The notes under the pieces were generated by a model. The model was not told where the DNA came from and ran no database searches. It saw only the letters and a program-made list of their open reading frames with translations. A stretch of 64,000 bases of DNA from Chloroflexota bacterium. GTDB taxonomy: Bacteria > Chloroflexota > Dehalococcoidia > UBA2979. Shown here piece after piece: positions 20,334 to 31,007 of this stretch. Within the stretch, counting starts at the first letter, position 1. Each line of letters starts with the position of its first letter. The stretch covers positions 32,001 to 96,000 of the forward strand of contig JAQCIU010000006.1 in assembly GCA_027593235.1 (NCBI GenBank), read 5' to 3'. Made by a program: the position numbers and the translations under genes.

Positions 20334-21474
20334 AGTCGACCTCGGTCCAGGTGATCGGGTCCACGTTCACGCCGTAAATCGTCAACTCCCAGTGCAGGTG
20401 CGGTCCCGTCGACAGCCCCGTCGACCCCATCTCGCCCAGCACCATCCCGGGCGTCACCGCTTGCCCCACCTCGACGAGAATCGCCTGCAGGTGGTGGTAC
20501 CCCGTCTTCACCCCGCCCCCGTGATCGACGATCACCGAGTTCCCGCGGATCGGCATCTCGCCGGTCCAGGCCACGCGCCCGGCCGCCGCCGCCCGGATCG
20601 GCGTGCACGCCTCATTCGCGATATCGGCGCCAGAGTGGAACCCGCCAAAGGGACCGCCGTTGATCGACCGGCCTTGCCCGAACTCCGTCGTCGGATATCC
20701 CTGGACCGGCACCAGAAAGAGCCCGTCCCAGCGGCGCTGACGATCGAAGCTCAGGAACTGCTCGTTCCGCAGCCGTGCCTCCAGCACCGCCGCCCCCGGC
20801 GTCAGCACTGCCCCCTGCTCCTCGGTCAGCGCCAGGTAGTCGACAGGGCGATCGACGGTGACGATCTCGAACGGCACCGCGCGCTCCTCGATCACCGTGC
20901 CGAAGTCATCGCGCAACGTCAGCAGGAGCTCGGTCGTCCCCAGGGCTGCATTCAAGGGAATCCCCACCACGCCGAAGAGCGTCCCGCCGTCCTCGGCCAG
21001 CAACGGCGAGGACACGCCGTTCGCCACCACCGCTCCGCTTCCCGCCTCCGGTGCGAACACGCGGATCGCGAACGTCTCGCCGATCCCGACCGCCTCCGCA
21101 CTGAGCCTCACGCGGGGCGGAGCCTCGGTTGGCGTCGCCGTCGGTGCCAACGTCGCCGTCCCCGCAGCGCCCGTCGCGCTGGCCCCGGCGGTGCCAGTCG
21201 CGGCCGCGGCGCCACCGGAGCCCAACAACGGCGTCGCGCTCGCACCTGCGGTCGCGGTCGCCGTCACGAACGTCACATCGCCATTGTTTGCGGCGCCTCG
21301 GTCGGCGAAGAACACCGCCGCCGCCGCGCCCAGCAGCGCCACCCCAACGAGCGCCGTCGCCCAGCGCACCGGCCTCCGGCCATGCCGATCGCCTGAGTCT
21401 CGGTCCACTGCAGGGCGGTCATCGGGGGGCGGGGCACCGGAAACGGTGCCGTGCGAGTCGGGACCAGTCGTCAC
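20323..21474 (-). CDS. Membrane-anchored M23 family peptidase
   Basis: N-terminal TM segment, Ala/Thr linker, FHSGAD, YHHL and STGPHLHWE. Confidence 0.88.
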   Translation of the reverse strand: MTTGPDSHGTVSGAPPPDDRPAVDRDSGDRHGRRPVRWATALVGVALLGAAAAVFFADRGAANNGDVTFVTATATAGASATPLLGSGGAAAATGTAGASATGAAGTATLAPTATPTEAPPRVRLSAEAVGIGETFAIRVFAPEAGSGAVVANGVSSPLLAEDGGTLFGVVGIPLNAALGTTELLLTLRDDFGTVIEERAVPFEIVTVDRPVDYLALTEEQGAVLTPGAAVLEARLRNEQFLSFDRQRRWDGLFLVPVQGYPTTEFGQGRSINGGPFGGFHSGADIANEACTPIRAAAAGRVAWTGEMPIRGNSVIVDHGGGVKTGYHHLQAILVEVGQAVTPGMVLGEMGSTGLSTGPHLHWELTIYGVNVDPITWTEVDFSE

Positions 21475-21677
21475 GGCCGGTGCAGTCCTTACGGTCGGGT
21501 CCCGGGGTCATTCCCATCCTACGACTGGTGAGGAACCTCACGAGCCCGCCTGACGTTTTGTGATTGGCTATACTTCGGGAACCACGGTGGCCGGCAGGTC
21601 GCCTCGCTCAACAACAATCGTTGTCCGCCGCCGGTAGCCCGGTCGGACGGACGCTCGACAGACCGCGGGGAGGTCAC

Positions 21678-22634
21678 GTGGAAGATCCCAAACTCGTCGC
21701 CGAACGCATCCTCGACAACGTCGAGCGCGTCATCATCGGCAAACAGCACGAAGCTCGTCTCGCGCTCATCACGCTCATCTGCCGCGGGCACCTCCTCATC
21801 GAGGACGTCCCCGGCGTCGGCAAGACGATGCTCGCGCGCGCACTCGCCCGTTCCGTCGGTTGTCGGTTCTCGCGGATCCAGTTCACCCCGGACCTGCTGC
21901 CCTCGGACGTCACCGGAGTCTCGATCTACCAGCAGCAGACCGGCGGCTTCGAGTTCCGCCCCGGCCCGATCATGGCCGAGGTCGTTCTCGCCGACGAGGT
22001 GAACCGCGCCACCCCGAAGACCCAGTCCGCGCTGCTCGAGGCGATGGAAGAGGATCAGGTCACCGTCGACGGTGTCACGCACCGCCTCCCCGAGCCGTTC
22101 ATGGTCATGGCCACCCAGAACCCGATTGAGTACGAAGGCACCTTCCCGCTGCCGGAAGCCCAGCTCGATCGCTTCATGCTCCGCATCCACCTCGGGTACC
22201 CGTCGCCAACCGACGAGGTCCTGATCATGGACGCACAACAGAACCGCCACCCAATCGAGTCCCTCCCCGAGGTCACAAGCCGCGCCGAGGTCGTCGAACT
22301 GCAGGGTGCCGTACGCCAGATCTACGTCGACCCGCTCATCAAGAAGTACATCGTCAGTCTGGTCACCGCGACGCGGGAACACGAGAGCGTGTACCTCGGT
22401 TCCTCGCCGCGCGGCTCGCTCGCGCTGATGCGCGTCGCCCAGGCGTACGCCCTCCTCGAGGGTCGCGACTTCGTGCAGCCGGACGACGTCAAACTGCTCG
22501 CCTACGCCACCCTCGGTCACCGTGTGATCGTCAGCCCCGGCGCGCGCGTGCGTGAGATCGACAGCGCCCAGATCGTCGACGAGGCGATCGAACGGGTACC
22601 CGTCCCGGGCGTCCGGGCACGCGGCGGCGCCTGA
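21678..22634 (+). CDS. MoxR family AAA+ ATPase (module 1)
   Basis: [47 protein letters not shown]; GTG start follows GGAGG. Confidence 0.95.
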   Translation: MEDPKLVAERILDNVERVIIGKQHEARLALITLICRGHLLIEDVPGVGKTMLARALARSVGCRFSRIQFTPDLLPSDVTGVSIYQQQTGGFEFRPGPIMAEVVLADEVNRATPKTQSALLEAMEEDQVTVDGVTHRLPEPFMVMATQNPIEYEGTFPLPEAQLDRFMLRIHLGYPSPTDEVLIMDAQQNRHPIESLPEVTSRAEVVELQGAVRQIYVDPLIKKYIVSLVTATREHESVYLGSSPRGSLALMRVAQAYALLEGRDFVQPDDVKLLAYATLGHRVIVSPGARVREIDSAQIVDEAIERVPVPGVRARGGA

Positions 22635-22641
22635 GTCTCTG

Positions 22642-23904
22642 ATGGGAATCGGGAAGCTGGTCGGTGTCATCCGCCGCTACCCGAGCGCCGCGATCGCCCT
22701 CAGCCTCGGCGTCGTCTGCGTCGTGCTCGGCTTCGCGACCGGCTTCTGGTTGCTCTTCCGCCTCGCCTACATCGTCGCCGTCGCCGTCCCGGCGCTCTAC
22801 TTCTGGACCCGCTCGATGTCGCGCGGGCTGGAAGTCGAAGTGCTGCGCAAGACCCACCGCGTGACGCAGGGCCAGAACCTGGAAGGCCGCGTCATCATCC
22901 GCTCTCGCTCGCGCCTGCCGAAGCTCTGGCTGGAGGTGGAGGATCAGTCCTCGGTGCCCAACCACGCCGCACGGCGCGTCGTCACCCTCGGCGCGCACGG
23001 CGTCGCCACCTGGAACTACGCCACCCCGGCGCGCCTCCGCGGCCTCTACGAACTCGGGCCGCTCCGCATCATCGCCACGGACCCCTTCGGATTCTTCCGC
23101 ATGGAGCGCGAGTTCGGGCAGACCGCCTCCGTGCTCGTCTACCCCAACGCTCCGGAGCTGCCCAACTTCTACATCCCGCCGGCCAACCTGCCCGGTGAAG
23201 GCCGCTTCCGGCGCCGCACCCACAACGTCACGCCCAACGTTTCCGGTATCCGCGAATACGCCCCCGGCGATTCGTTCAACCGCATCCACTGGCCGGCCAC
23301 CGCTCGCGCCGGTCGCCCGATGGTGAAGCAGTTCGAGCTCGATCCCGCATCCGATATCTGGATCGTCCTCGATCTCCAGCGCTCCCAGCACGTCGGCAGC
23401 GGCGAAGACAGCACCGAGGAAGGCGCGGTCCAGATCTGCGCCTCGATCGCGCGCTACTTCATCAACGCCAACCGCTCGGTCGGCATGATCTCCTTCGGCA
23501 GCGACCTCCGCATCGACGAACCCGATCGAGGCCAGAACCACTACACCCGGATCCTCGAATCACTCGCCCTCGCCCGCGCGACCGGCGACGTGCCGCTGAC
23601 CAACCTGATCATCGAGGAATCGCGACGCTTCGGCCGTCACACCACCGTGGTCGTCGTCACGCCGTCCACCGATACCGACTGGGCGCTGACCCTCACCGGC
23701 CTGTCCGCCCGCGGCGTCAAGGTCGCCGCCGTCCTGCTGGAAGCCAACACCTACGGCGAAGCACCCAGCGCGCTGGATGTCTACAGCACCCTCGCCGCCG
23801 GCGGCGTCTACTCCTACACCGTGAAGCACCAGGACGACCTCGGTCGTGCGCTGGGCGCCGGCGCTGAGCGCGCGATTCAGCAGTACGAGGGCGCGCGGCC
23901 ATGA
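22642..23904 (+). CDS. DUF58 domain protein with N-terminal TM segments
   Basis: DPFGFF, VLVYP, IREYAPGDSFNRIHWPATAR. Confidence 0.9.
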   Translation: MGIGKLVGVIRRYPSAAIALSLGVVCVVLGFATGFWLLFRLAYIVAVAVPALYFWTRSMSRGLEVEVLRKTHRVTQGQNLEGRVIIRSRSRLPKLWLEVEDQSSVPNHAARRVVTLGAHGVATWNYATPARLRGLYELGPLRIIATDPFGFFRMEREFGQTASVLVYPNAPELPNFYIPPANLPGEGRFRRRTHNVTPNVSGIREYAPGDSFNRIHWPATARAGRPMVKQFELDPASDIWIVLDLQRSQHVGSGEDSTEEGAVQICASIARYFINANRSVGMISFGSDLRIDEPDRGQNHYTRILESLALARATGDVPLTNLIIEESRRFGRHTTVVVVTPSTDTDWALTLTGLSARGVKVAAVLLEANTYGEAPSALDVYSTLAAGGVYSYTVKHQDDLGRALGAGAERAIQQYEGARP

Positions 23905-26297
23905 GCTCCGTCTCCTGGGAAACGCTCTACCGCCCCTCGGAACGCGATCCGTTCGAGAAGCGCGGCGGCGTGCTCGGCCTCATCGGCAATACCGAGCGCT
24001 GGCTCAACCTGTTGCTCCTCTTCGTCGCCCTGCTGGCGATGAGCAACTCCCTCGAGAGCGCCAACTGGGTCGAGGAGATGCCCTCGCTCACCCTCACCGT
24101 CATCTTCGGCCTCGCCGGCGGTTGGCTGGTCTCCCAGCTACCCGGTCGCGCCTCGCTGCTCCAGATCCTCGGCGTCGGAATCGGCCTCGTCGGCGTCGTC
24201 GCCATCGTCATGGCGAACATGGCGCTCACTGATCCGCTGCTCGGTACCGGCATCGGCGCGCGCCGCGCGGAGCTGGTGTTGCGGCTGCAGGACTGGGCGT
24301 CGGCACTCCTCAGCGGCGGCGTCTCCAGCGATCCGCTGCCATTCGTACTCATGCTCGTCTTCTCCACCTGGGCGGTCGCCTACCTCGCCGCCTGGGCCGT
24401 CGTCCGTTGGCGCAACGCCTGGGTCGCGCTGATCCCGCCGGGCTTCATCCTGCTCACCAACATCTCTTACCTCCCGGGGCAGCCGTCGCTGCACTTCGTC
24501 GTCTTCCTCTTCGCCTCGGTGTTGCTCGTCCTCCAGCTCCACTTCGCGCGGGCGCTCGGGCGCTGGCGTGAGGAGCGCATCGCCTGGCCCGACCTCATGT
24601 CCATGGAAGTCGCGTTCGCCGGCGTCTGGATCTCGCTCGCGCTGATCGTCGGCGCATGGCTCATCCCCACCGCGAACAACTGGGGACCGGTCGCCGATCT
24701 CTGGAACCGCGCCGTCGCCCCGGTGAGCGGCCGTGTCGAAGGCCTCGGGCGTGTCTTCATCGGCGTCTCGTCGAAGCGCGACATACCCGTCCATGCCTTC
24801 GGCGAAGTGCTCCCACTTCAGGGCAAGGTCACACTCAGCTCCACCCCGCTGATGGAGGTCAGTTCCGACGAGCCTGGCCACCTCCGCGGCGCCGTCTACG
24901 ACGAGTACACCGGCACCGGCTGGCGGAACTCGGGCGTCACCACCCAGCCGCTGCTCGGCACGACCATCGAGGCCGCCGCGTTCGGTACCACGCTCTCGCA
25001 GGCGCAGCTCCGCCGCCCGGTCACGCTCACCGTCACCGTGCTCGGCCCGGTCCCGGATCGCCGCATGCTCTCCCCCGGCGATCCAATCGCCTCCGACGTC
25101 GCGGGCGATCTCCTCTTCGGGGGCGGTCCCGCGGACATCGTCGGAATCGCACCCCAGGATCGCCTCCGCGAGGGCGACACCTACGTCGTCGTCGGCGCCG
25201 TCTCCGCCGCCGCGATCGACACGCTGCTCGCGACCGGTACCGACTACCCCGCCGGCATTCGCGATCGCTACCTCCAGCTCCCCAACGATCTCCCGCCCGA
25301 AATCGCCGCTCTCTCCCAGAGCCTCGCCGGCGGGCAGCACCCGTTCGCCGCCGCCCGCATCATCGAGGACTACCTGCGGGTCAATTACCCGTACTCGATC
25401 GACGTCTCCGACCCGCCCCCGCTCCGTGACGCCATCGATCACTTCCTCTTCGACTCGCAGGCCGGCTACTTCGATCACCACGCCGCCGCGATGGCCGTCA
25501 TGCTGCGCACGCTCGGCATCCCCACGCGCATGGCCGCGGGCTTCTCCCTCGATGAGGACAACTTCGACGCCACGAGCAAGACCTACACGCTGACCGAAAA
25601 GGACGCGTGGGCTTGGACCGAGGTCTACTTCGACGGCCTCGGCTGGGTCGAGTTCAACCCCACTCCCGGCCGCGATCTGGTCGCCCGACCAGGCGACGAC
25701 ACCGCGCTGCGCCAGCCGCTCGCCACAACCGGCAGTGGCATCACTGTTGACGAGGAAGCGCTGCTCAACGAACTGGAACTGCTGTTCGGCTCCGAGGCGG
25801 CTGCTGCCGTGGACCTCGCTGCCCTGGAGTCAACCAACTCCAGCTCCGGTATCGGGTCGGTGATCGTGCAAGCGCTGACGCTGCTGGTCATCCTCGGCGT
25901 CGTCGTTTTCGCCGCCGGTATCGGCTTCCGCTTCGCCTGGGAGTACCAACTGCGCGCACTCGCGCCGGCGCAGCGCCGTTGGGCCAAGCTCCAGCGCATC
26001 ACCGCCTGGGCTGGCATCGAGCCGCGCGTCACCCGCACCCCGCTCGAGTGGGCCCACGAGGTCGCCGCCACCACCGGTGAGCCCGCCGCCTTCGATGCGA
26101 TCGCCCGCGACTACACCCGCGCCCGCTACGGCCTCGAGGCCGCGCCGCCCTCCGAGGAGGCCGCGACCGCCCTCCACGAGAGCTACCGCCTCGCGCGCAA
26201 CCGGCTCTGGCGCCGCGTCTTCAGCCGGTTCATCCCGTTCCGCCGACGCAGCTCAGCGGTCGCCGAATCCGCCGCGGCTCGATCCGACTCCGTCTAG
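23901..26297 (+). CDS. TgpA-like multi-TM transglutaminase-fold protein (catalytic triad substituted)
   Basis: Many TM helices, then RYLQLP, FLFDSQAGY.DH.AAAMAVMLRTLGIPTRMAAGF and AWTEVYFDGLGWVEF.PTP; ATGA overlap with DUF58. Confidence 0.88.
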   Translation: MSSVSWETLYRPSERDPFEKRGGVLGLIGNTERWLNLLLLFVALLAMSNSLESANWVEEMPSLTLTVIFGLAGGWLVSQLPGRASLLQILGVGIGLVGVVAIVMANMALTDPLLGTGIGARRAELVLRLQDWASALLSGGVSSDPLPFVLMLVFSTWAVAYLAAWAVVRWRNAWVALIPPGFILLTNISYLPGQPSLHFVVFLFASVLLVLQLHFARALGRWREERIAWPDLMSMEVAFAGVWISLALIVGAWLIPTANNWGPVADLWNRAVAPVSGRVEGLGRVFIGVSSKRDIPVHAFGEVLPLQGKVTLSSTPLMEVSSDEPGHLRGAVYDEYTGTGWRNSGVTTQPLLGTTIEAAAFGTTLSQAQLRRPVTLTVTVLGPVPDRRMLSPGDPIASDVAGDLLFGGGPADIVGIAPQDRLREGDTYVVVGAVSAAAIDTLLATGTDYPAGIRDRYLQLPNDLPPEIAALSQSLAGGQHPFAAARIIEDYLRVNYPYSIDVSDPPPLRDAIDHFLFDSQAGYFDHHAAAMAVMLRTLGIPTRMAAGFSLDEDNFDATSKTYTLTEKDAWAWTEVYFDGLGWVEFNPTPGRDLVARPGDDTALRQPLATTGSGITVDEEALLNELELLFGSEAAAAVDLAALESTNSSSGIGSVIVQALTLLVILGVVVFAAGIGFRFAWEYQLRALAPAQRRWAKLQRITAWAGIEPRVTRTPLEWAHEVAATTGEPAAFDAIARDYTRARYGLEAAPPSEEAATALHESYRLARNRLWRRVFSRFIPFRRRSSAVAESAAARSDSV

Positions 26298-28109
26298 CGG
26301 CTCCACCGCACTGAGCTGACGGATCAGCTCCAGCAGTTGGGCCGCCTCTTCCAGTGTCAGGTCGCCCTGCAGATCCTGGAGCGCCTGCTCCAGCGCCGCC
26401 TGCGCCTGCTCCAGCGACAGCGCTCCACCCGGATCGTCGGTCGCCGTCCCCGGAGTGTCGCTGCCCGGCTCCGTGCCCGGTTGATCGCTGCCCGCGGCCG
26501 GGGTCGGCTCCCCCGGGGTCGATTGGCCATCGGGTTGTTGGCTCGGTTGCTCGCCCGGCCCATCACCCTGCGTCCCGTCATCCGGACCGCCCTCGCCCGG
26601 ATCGCTGTCGGGTGACTCGCCGTCAGAGGACCCCGGCGAGTCGCCGGGCTCCGGCGTCGCCTCCGGGGTGCTGGTCGGCTCGTCGGGATTGTCAGTACCC
26701 ACGTCGGGCGGCTGCAGGCGCGCCAGCACCCACTCCAGGTTCGCCTTCGCTTCGGCATCGTCCGGATCGATCCGCAGCACGCCGATGTAGCGTCGCCGCG
26801 CCTCCTCGAGCGCCCCGCGCGCCACCGCGTGGTTCCCCAGCGCGTAGCCAATCAGCGCCGCCAGCACGTTGTCGTCCACCCGCGTCAGCGCATCCCCCGC
26901 CGCTACCGAGGCCTCCTCGTAACGACGCAGCCGGTTCAGCGTGTTACCGACGTTGTAGCCGACCGCCGGCTCACCCGGCGACGCCAGCAGCGCATCGCGG
27001 TACTCGATCAACGCTTCGTCGTAGAACGCCTGGTCGTAGGCCGCGTTGCCGTCCGCCACCAGTTGGTAGAGCTGCGACCCGCCACACGCCCCGAGCAGCA
27101 ACGTACCGAGGATCGCCGTCGCCCCGAGGTGCCGGCGCGTCAGCACCCGCGATCGCCGGCCCGCCGCCTCGCCGACGACCATCGGCAACAGCAACAACAG
27201 CACGGCGGGCACCAGGAACCACTGGAAGCGCTCGATCGGCTGCTGCCCCGTGTCGTCCCCAAACTCGCTCTGTCGGAGCCGCTGAACCTCGATCGCCAGC
27301 CCCGCGATCGCGTTCAGCTCCCGGAAATCGCCGCCCGTCGCCGTCGCGATCGCGCGTAACGTCTCGCGGTCCGCGCGGCTGATCGCCAGCGTTGCCGCGT
27401 CACCGGGAATCGCCGCCCCGGCGTCTGTGCCTACGGCCACCGTGAACACCGGGATGCCGTCGTTCGCCGCGCGTGCTGCTGCCGCCAACGCCGCCTCACC
27501 GAGGTCCTCGCCATCCGAGATGACGATGATCACCTGGCTCTCCGCCGCGTCCGGTACCGCCAGCACCGCGCGCGCCTCGTCGATCGCCGCGCCCAGATCG
27601 GTGCCCGCTGGCACCAGCTCCGCATCCCGCTGCGCCTGGTTCACGAGCTGCCCGAGCACCTCGAGGTCCAACGTCAGCGGCGACCGCGCGAAGGCCCGCC
27701 CGGAGAAGATCACGAGGCCGACACGATCGCTGCGCAGATGCGTCAGGAACTCCCCGACGCCCTCCGCCGCCGCGACCGATCGCGAGGGCAGCACGTCGCT
27801 CGTCGTCATCGACCGCGACACATCGAGGGCGATCGCGATGTCCACGCCCCGCCGTTCAGCGGGCGCATCCTCGGAGCCCCATTGCGGCCGCGCGATCGCC
27901 AGCACGAACAACACGACCGCAGCCACCAGCGACCACGTCCGCAAGCGTTGCAGCCGCCTCCGCCGGCCCAGCCGCAGCTCAGGTGCTCCGCCGTAGCGAG
28001 AATCCGCCCGCGCGCGGCGCCGCGCTTCCAGCCGCAAGAGCGCCCACCACGGCACCAGCACCAGGATCAACGCCAGCGACCACGGCTCACCGAACGAGAG
28101 GCCGAGCAT
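26253..28109 (-). CDS. VWA + TPR protein (BatB-BatC-like fusion)
   Basis: IARPQWG, MIDAS DVSRSM, SDGED, ERFQWFL, TPR repeats (YNVGN, AKANLE) and an acidic P/G/D linker. Confidence 0.85.
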   Translation of the reverse strand: MLGLSFGEPWSLALILVLVPWWALLRLEARRRARADSRYGGAPELRLGRRRRLQRLRTWSLVAAVVLFVLAIARPQWGSEDAPAERRGVDIAIALDVSRSMTTSDVLPSRSVAAAEGVGEFLTHLRSDRVGLVIFSGRAFARSPLTLDLEVLGQLVNQAQRDAELVPAGTDLGAAIDEARAVLAVPDAAESQVIIVISDGEDLGEAALAAAARAANDGIPVFTVAVGTDAGAAIPGDAATLAISRADRETLRAIATATGGDFRELNAIAGLAIEVQRLRQSEFGDDTGQQPIERFQWFLVPAVLLLLLPMVVGEAAGRRSRVLTRRHLGATAILGTLLLGACGGSQLYQLVADGNAAYDQAFYDEALIEYRDALLASPGEPAVGYNVGNTLNRLRRYEEASVAAGDALTRVDDNVLAALIGYALGNHAVARGALEEARRRYIGVLRIDPDDAEAKANLEWVLARLQPPDVGTDNPDEPTSTPEATPEPGDSPGSSDGESPDSDPGEGGPDDGTQGDGPGEQPSQQPDGQSTPGEPTPAAGSDQPGTEPGSDTPGTATDDPGGALSLEQAQAALEQALQDLQGDLTLEEAAQLLELIRQLSAVEPLDGVGSSRGGFGDR

Positions 28110-29059
28110 CACGGGTACCGCCGCAGCCACGTCGCGCGCAGCGCGCTCTCACTCAGCAACAGCAGCAGCGCACCGGCCAGGAACCACGGCGCGTACTCGC
28201 GGAACGCCACGAACCGCCGCTCCCCCAGCCGCGAGCGTTCCAGCTCGCCGATATCCGCGTACGCCCGTGCCAGCTCTTCGCGGTCGCGCGCGTTGTAGTA
28301 CTCCGCGTCCGTGCTCCGCGCGATCGCCCGCAGCGACACCTCGTTAATCGGGATCTGCCCGCCAATCGCGCCGCTGAGGAAGCCAATCGTGTAGACGCGC
28401 ACGTCCAGCGCCGTCGCAAGCTGCGCCGCGACCTCCGGCGTGATCGCGCCCGCGTTGTTCTGCCCGTCCGTCAGCAGCACCACCACGCGGCTCCGCGCCG
28501 GCGAATCCTCCACCAGCGTCAGCGCTTCGCTGATCCCGAGGCCAATCGCCGTCCCGTCATCGATCAACCCCGGCGCGATCGCGCGCACCTGCCGCTGGAT
28601 CGCCGTCGTGTCGTGCGTCAACGGCGACAGCGTCAACGCGCGCGTTTGGAAGATCACCAGCCCGACGCGGTCACCCTCCAGCGTCTCCACGAATGAGGCC
28701 ACCACCTCCTGTGCCTCCGACAGCCGCGTTGCGCCCCGCTCGCTGCGCGTCAGCGTCAGCATCGAGCTCGACACATCGAGGGCGATCACGATGTCGACGC
28801 CCTCGGACGGAACCTGCGTCACCGCGAGACCCTGGCGCGGCCGCGCCAACGCGATCACCGCGAACGCGATCGCCGCCCAGCGCAACGCCGAGGGCAACCA
28901 GCGCAGCCGCAGCCGCCAGCTCGGCCGTGCCGCCGCGCGAATCGCCTCCAGCGAGCCGATCGCCAGATCTGCCGGTCGGCGTGGCCGCACGATCTGCATC
29001 AACGCCAGCACGCCAACCAGCGGCAGCAGCCAGAGCAGCAGCGGCGTCGCGAACGTCAC
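28109..29059 (-). CDS. VWA domain protein (BatA-like)
   Basis: MTFATPLLLWLL, ALARP, DVSSSM, GTAIGLGI, LLTDGQNNAG. Confidence 0.9.
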   Translation of the reverse strand: MTFATPLLLWLLPLVGVLALMQIVRPRRPADLAIGSLEAIRAAARPSWRLRLRWLPSALRWAAIAFAVIALARPRQGLAVTQVPSEGVDIVIALDVSSSMLTLTRSERGATRLSEAQEVVASFVETLEGDRVGLVIFQTRALTLSPLTHDTTAIQRQVRAIAPGLIDDGTAIGLGISEALTLVEDSPARSRVVVLLTDGQNNAGAITPEVAAQLATALDVRVYTIGFLSGAIGGQIPINEVSLRAIARSTDAEYYNARDREELARAYADIGELERSRLGERRFVAFREYAPWFLAGALLLLLSESALRATWLRRYP

Positions 29060-30069
29060 GCGCTCACCGCCTGTCGCAACTCACCGCGGCGTGGCCGCGA
29101 CAGCTCCACGATCTCGTAGGCCACGGTCAGGTCGTGGTCCGCCGAGGCAGGATCCGGCTGGGCACGCGCGTAAACCGCGGCGTCGCACCGCTCCAGCAGC
29201 CCGGCGACCAGCCGCGCCTGCCAGCGTCCCACCCCCGCGCCCGCGAACCGCTCGCGCAGCTCCCCCGTGGTCAGCGCCGTCGCGTTGAAGCCGTGCCGCT
29301 CCGCTAGGTAGGCGCGCGTCGCGATCGACAGTTCGCCGTAGAAATGGCGGTAGGCGGCGCGGTCGACCAGCGCCACGCCCCGCAACGCATCGAGGCGTGC
29401 GCGGGCACGGTCCTCGGGCGATCGGACATCCTCGATCGGCACCGCCGGCTGCGCGATCGGACGGCGCCGGCGTTGCCAGGCCAGCGCCGCCGCGGCGGCT
29501 AGGGCGACACCGCCGAGGCCCAGCGGCACCTCGCTGCGTTGCCACCACGCCGGCGGCGTCCCGGCGCTCGCCTGTGGCTTCAGCGGACGTAGTTCCTCGT
29601 CACCGGCCGCGCGCACCGGCACGATCCGCAGGATCGGCGGGGGGCCCACCCCCCCCCCCCCGCTCGTGCCGTCCGAGGCCAACCACGACACCCGGATGTC
29701 CCCGGGGTGCAGATCCCCGAGGCTATACGCCGCGATCGTGAACTCGAAGGTGGTCGTGGCCATCCCCGGCGTGCCCGTGCTCGGATCGTCGAACACCAGC
29801 TCCTCGGGCCGCGCTTCGAGCAGGTCGATGTTCTCGACACGCACCGGCTGATCGCTGCTGACCAGCAGGTCCTGGCTATGCCGCACCGTCACGACGAGTT
29901 GCACCCGCTCACCAAGCGTCGCCGCACGCGGCCGCAACGAAGCGCTCACCTCGAACGCCGGTGTCGCCTCCTGCGCCGCCACGTGCGGACGGTCGAGGGC
30001 CGTCGCGAACGACACCCCGATCACCGCCAGCACCACGGCGACCACGACAAGGACCGCGGGGCGCCTCAC
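29056..30069 (-). CDS. Bat-cluster membrane protein (BatD/DUF4381-like)
   Basis: Signal/TM segment, beta-rich domain, second TM, then RAYLAERHG.NATALTTGEL; overlaps both neighbours by 4 nt. Confidence 0.65.
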   Translation of the reverse strand: MRRPAVLVVVAVVLAVIGVSFATALDRPHVAAQEATPAFEVSASLRPRAATLGERVQLVVTVRHSQDLLVSSDQPVRVENIDLLEARPEELVFDDPSTGTPGMATTTFEFTIAAYSLGDLHPGDIRVSWLASDGTSGGGGVGPPPILRIVPVRAAGDEELRPLKPQASAGTPPAWWQRSEVPLGLGGVALAAAAALAWQRRRRPIAQPAVPIEDVRSPEDRARARLDALRGVALVDRAAYRHFYGELSIATRAYLAERHGFNATALTTGELRERFAGAGVGRWQARLVAGLLERCDAAVYARAQPDPASADHDLTVAYEIVELSRPRRGELRQAVSA

Positions 30070-31007
30070 CGACGCATCGCCCGCGTGCGGAAGAAGCGCG
30101 CGATCGGCGCCACCAGGTCGCCATCGAGGTGGATCTCCACCTCGTCCACCCCGGCCGCCGCCAGCGTTCGCCGTCGCTCGGCCGCCCGCTCCGCCGCCAC
30201 CTGCGCATACCGCGCGCGCAGCGCCCCGCTCGAGGTGTCCACGAGCTGCCCCGGCTCACCCTCGGCACCGGCGAATCGCACGATCCCCAGGTCGGGCAAC
30301 GCGAGGTCCGTCGGGTCGACAAGCACCAGCGCGATCACGTCGTGCCGCCGGCCAAGCGTGCGCAGCGAGTCGACATAACCCGTATCGAAGAAGTCCGAGA
30401 TCAAGAACACCACGGACCGCCGTCGCAACGCGCGCGACAGGTAGTCGCACGCCGCTGCGATCCGCGTACCGGAAGTCGGCTTCGGGTGCCTCAGCACATC
30501 CCGCACGAGCCGTAGCACGTGATTCACGCCGCGCTTGGGCGGAACGAACCGCTCCACCTCACCGGCGAACGTGAGCAGACCGACCCGATCGTGATGTTGC
30601 GCCGCCGTGAAACCCAGCAGCGCAGTCAGCTCCGCGGCCGCGCCGAGCCGCCCATCCGTGCGGTGCGCGACGAGCTGCGAGTCGGAGATGTCCACCGCGC
30701 AGATCACCGACAGCTCGCGCTCCTCGACGTACTCCTTCACCCACGGCACGCCCATCCGCGCGGTGACGTTCCAGTCGATGAAACGCACGTCGTCGCCGGG
30801 CACGTACTCGCGCGCCTCCGCGAACTCGATGCCGGTGCCACGAAACACGGAGCGGTAGTCGCCGCCCAGCACCGCGCTCGCCAGCCGTCGTGTACGAATT
30901 TCGATCCGTCGGATCCGCTCGCGGTCGGCGATCGTCAGCCCGCCGCCCTGGTCAGTCGGACCGCGTTCCGGCTCGGCCGGGTCGGCACGACGTCGCCAGC
31001 GCAGCAC
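30066..31007 (-). CDS. DUF58 domain protein (module 2)
   Basis: GDYRSVFRGTGIEFAEAREYVPGDDVRFIDWNVTAR and FLISDF. Confidence 0.92.
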   Translation of the reverse strand: MLRWRRRADPAEPERGPTDQGGGLTIADRERIRRIEIRTRRLASAVLGGDYRSVFRGTGIEFAEAREYVPGDDVRFIDWNVTARMGVPWVKEYVEERELSVICAVDISDSQLVAHRTDGRLGAAAELTALLGFTAAQHHDRVGLLTFAGEVERFVPPKRGVNHVLRLVRDVLRHPKPTSGTRIAAACDYLSRALRRRSVVFLISDFFDTGYVDSLRTLGRRHDVIALVLVDPTDLALPDLGIVRFAGAEGEPGQLVDTSSGALRARYAQVAAERAAERRRTLAAAGVDEVEIHLDGDLVAPIARFFRTRAMRR

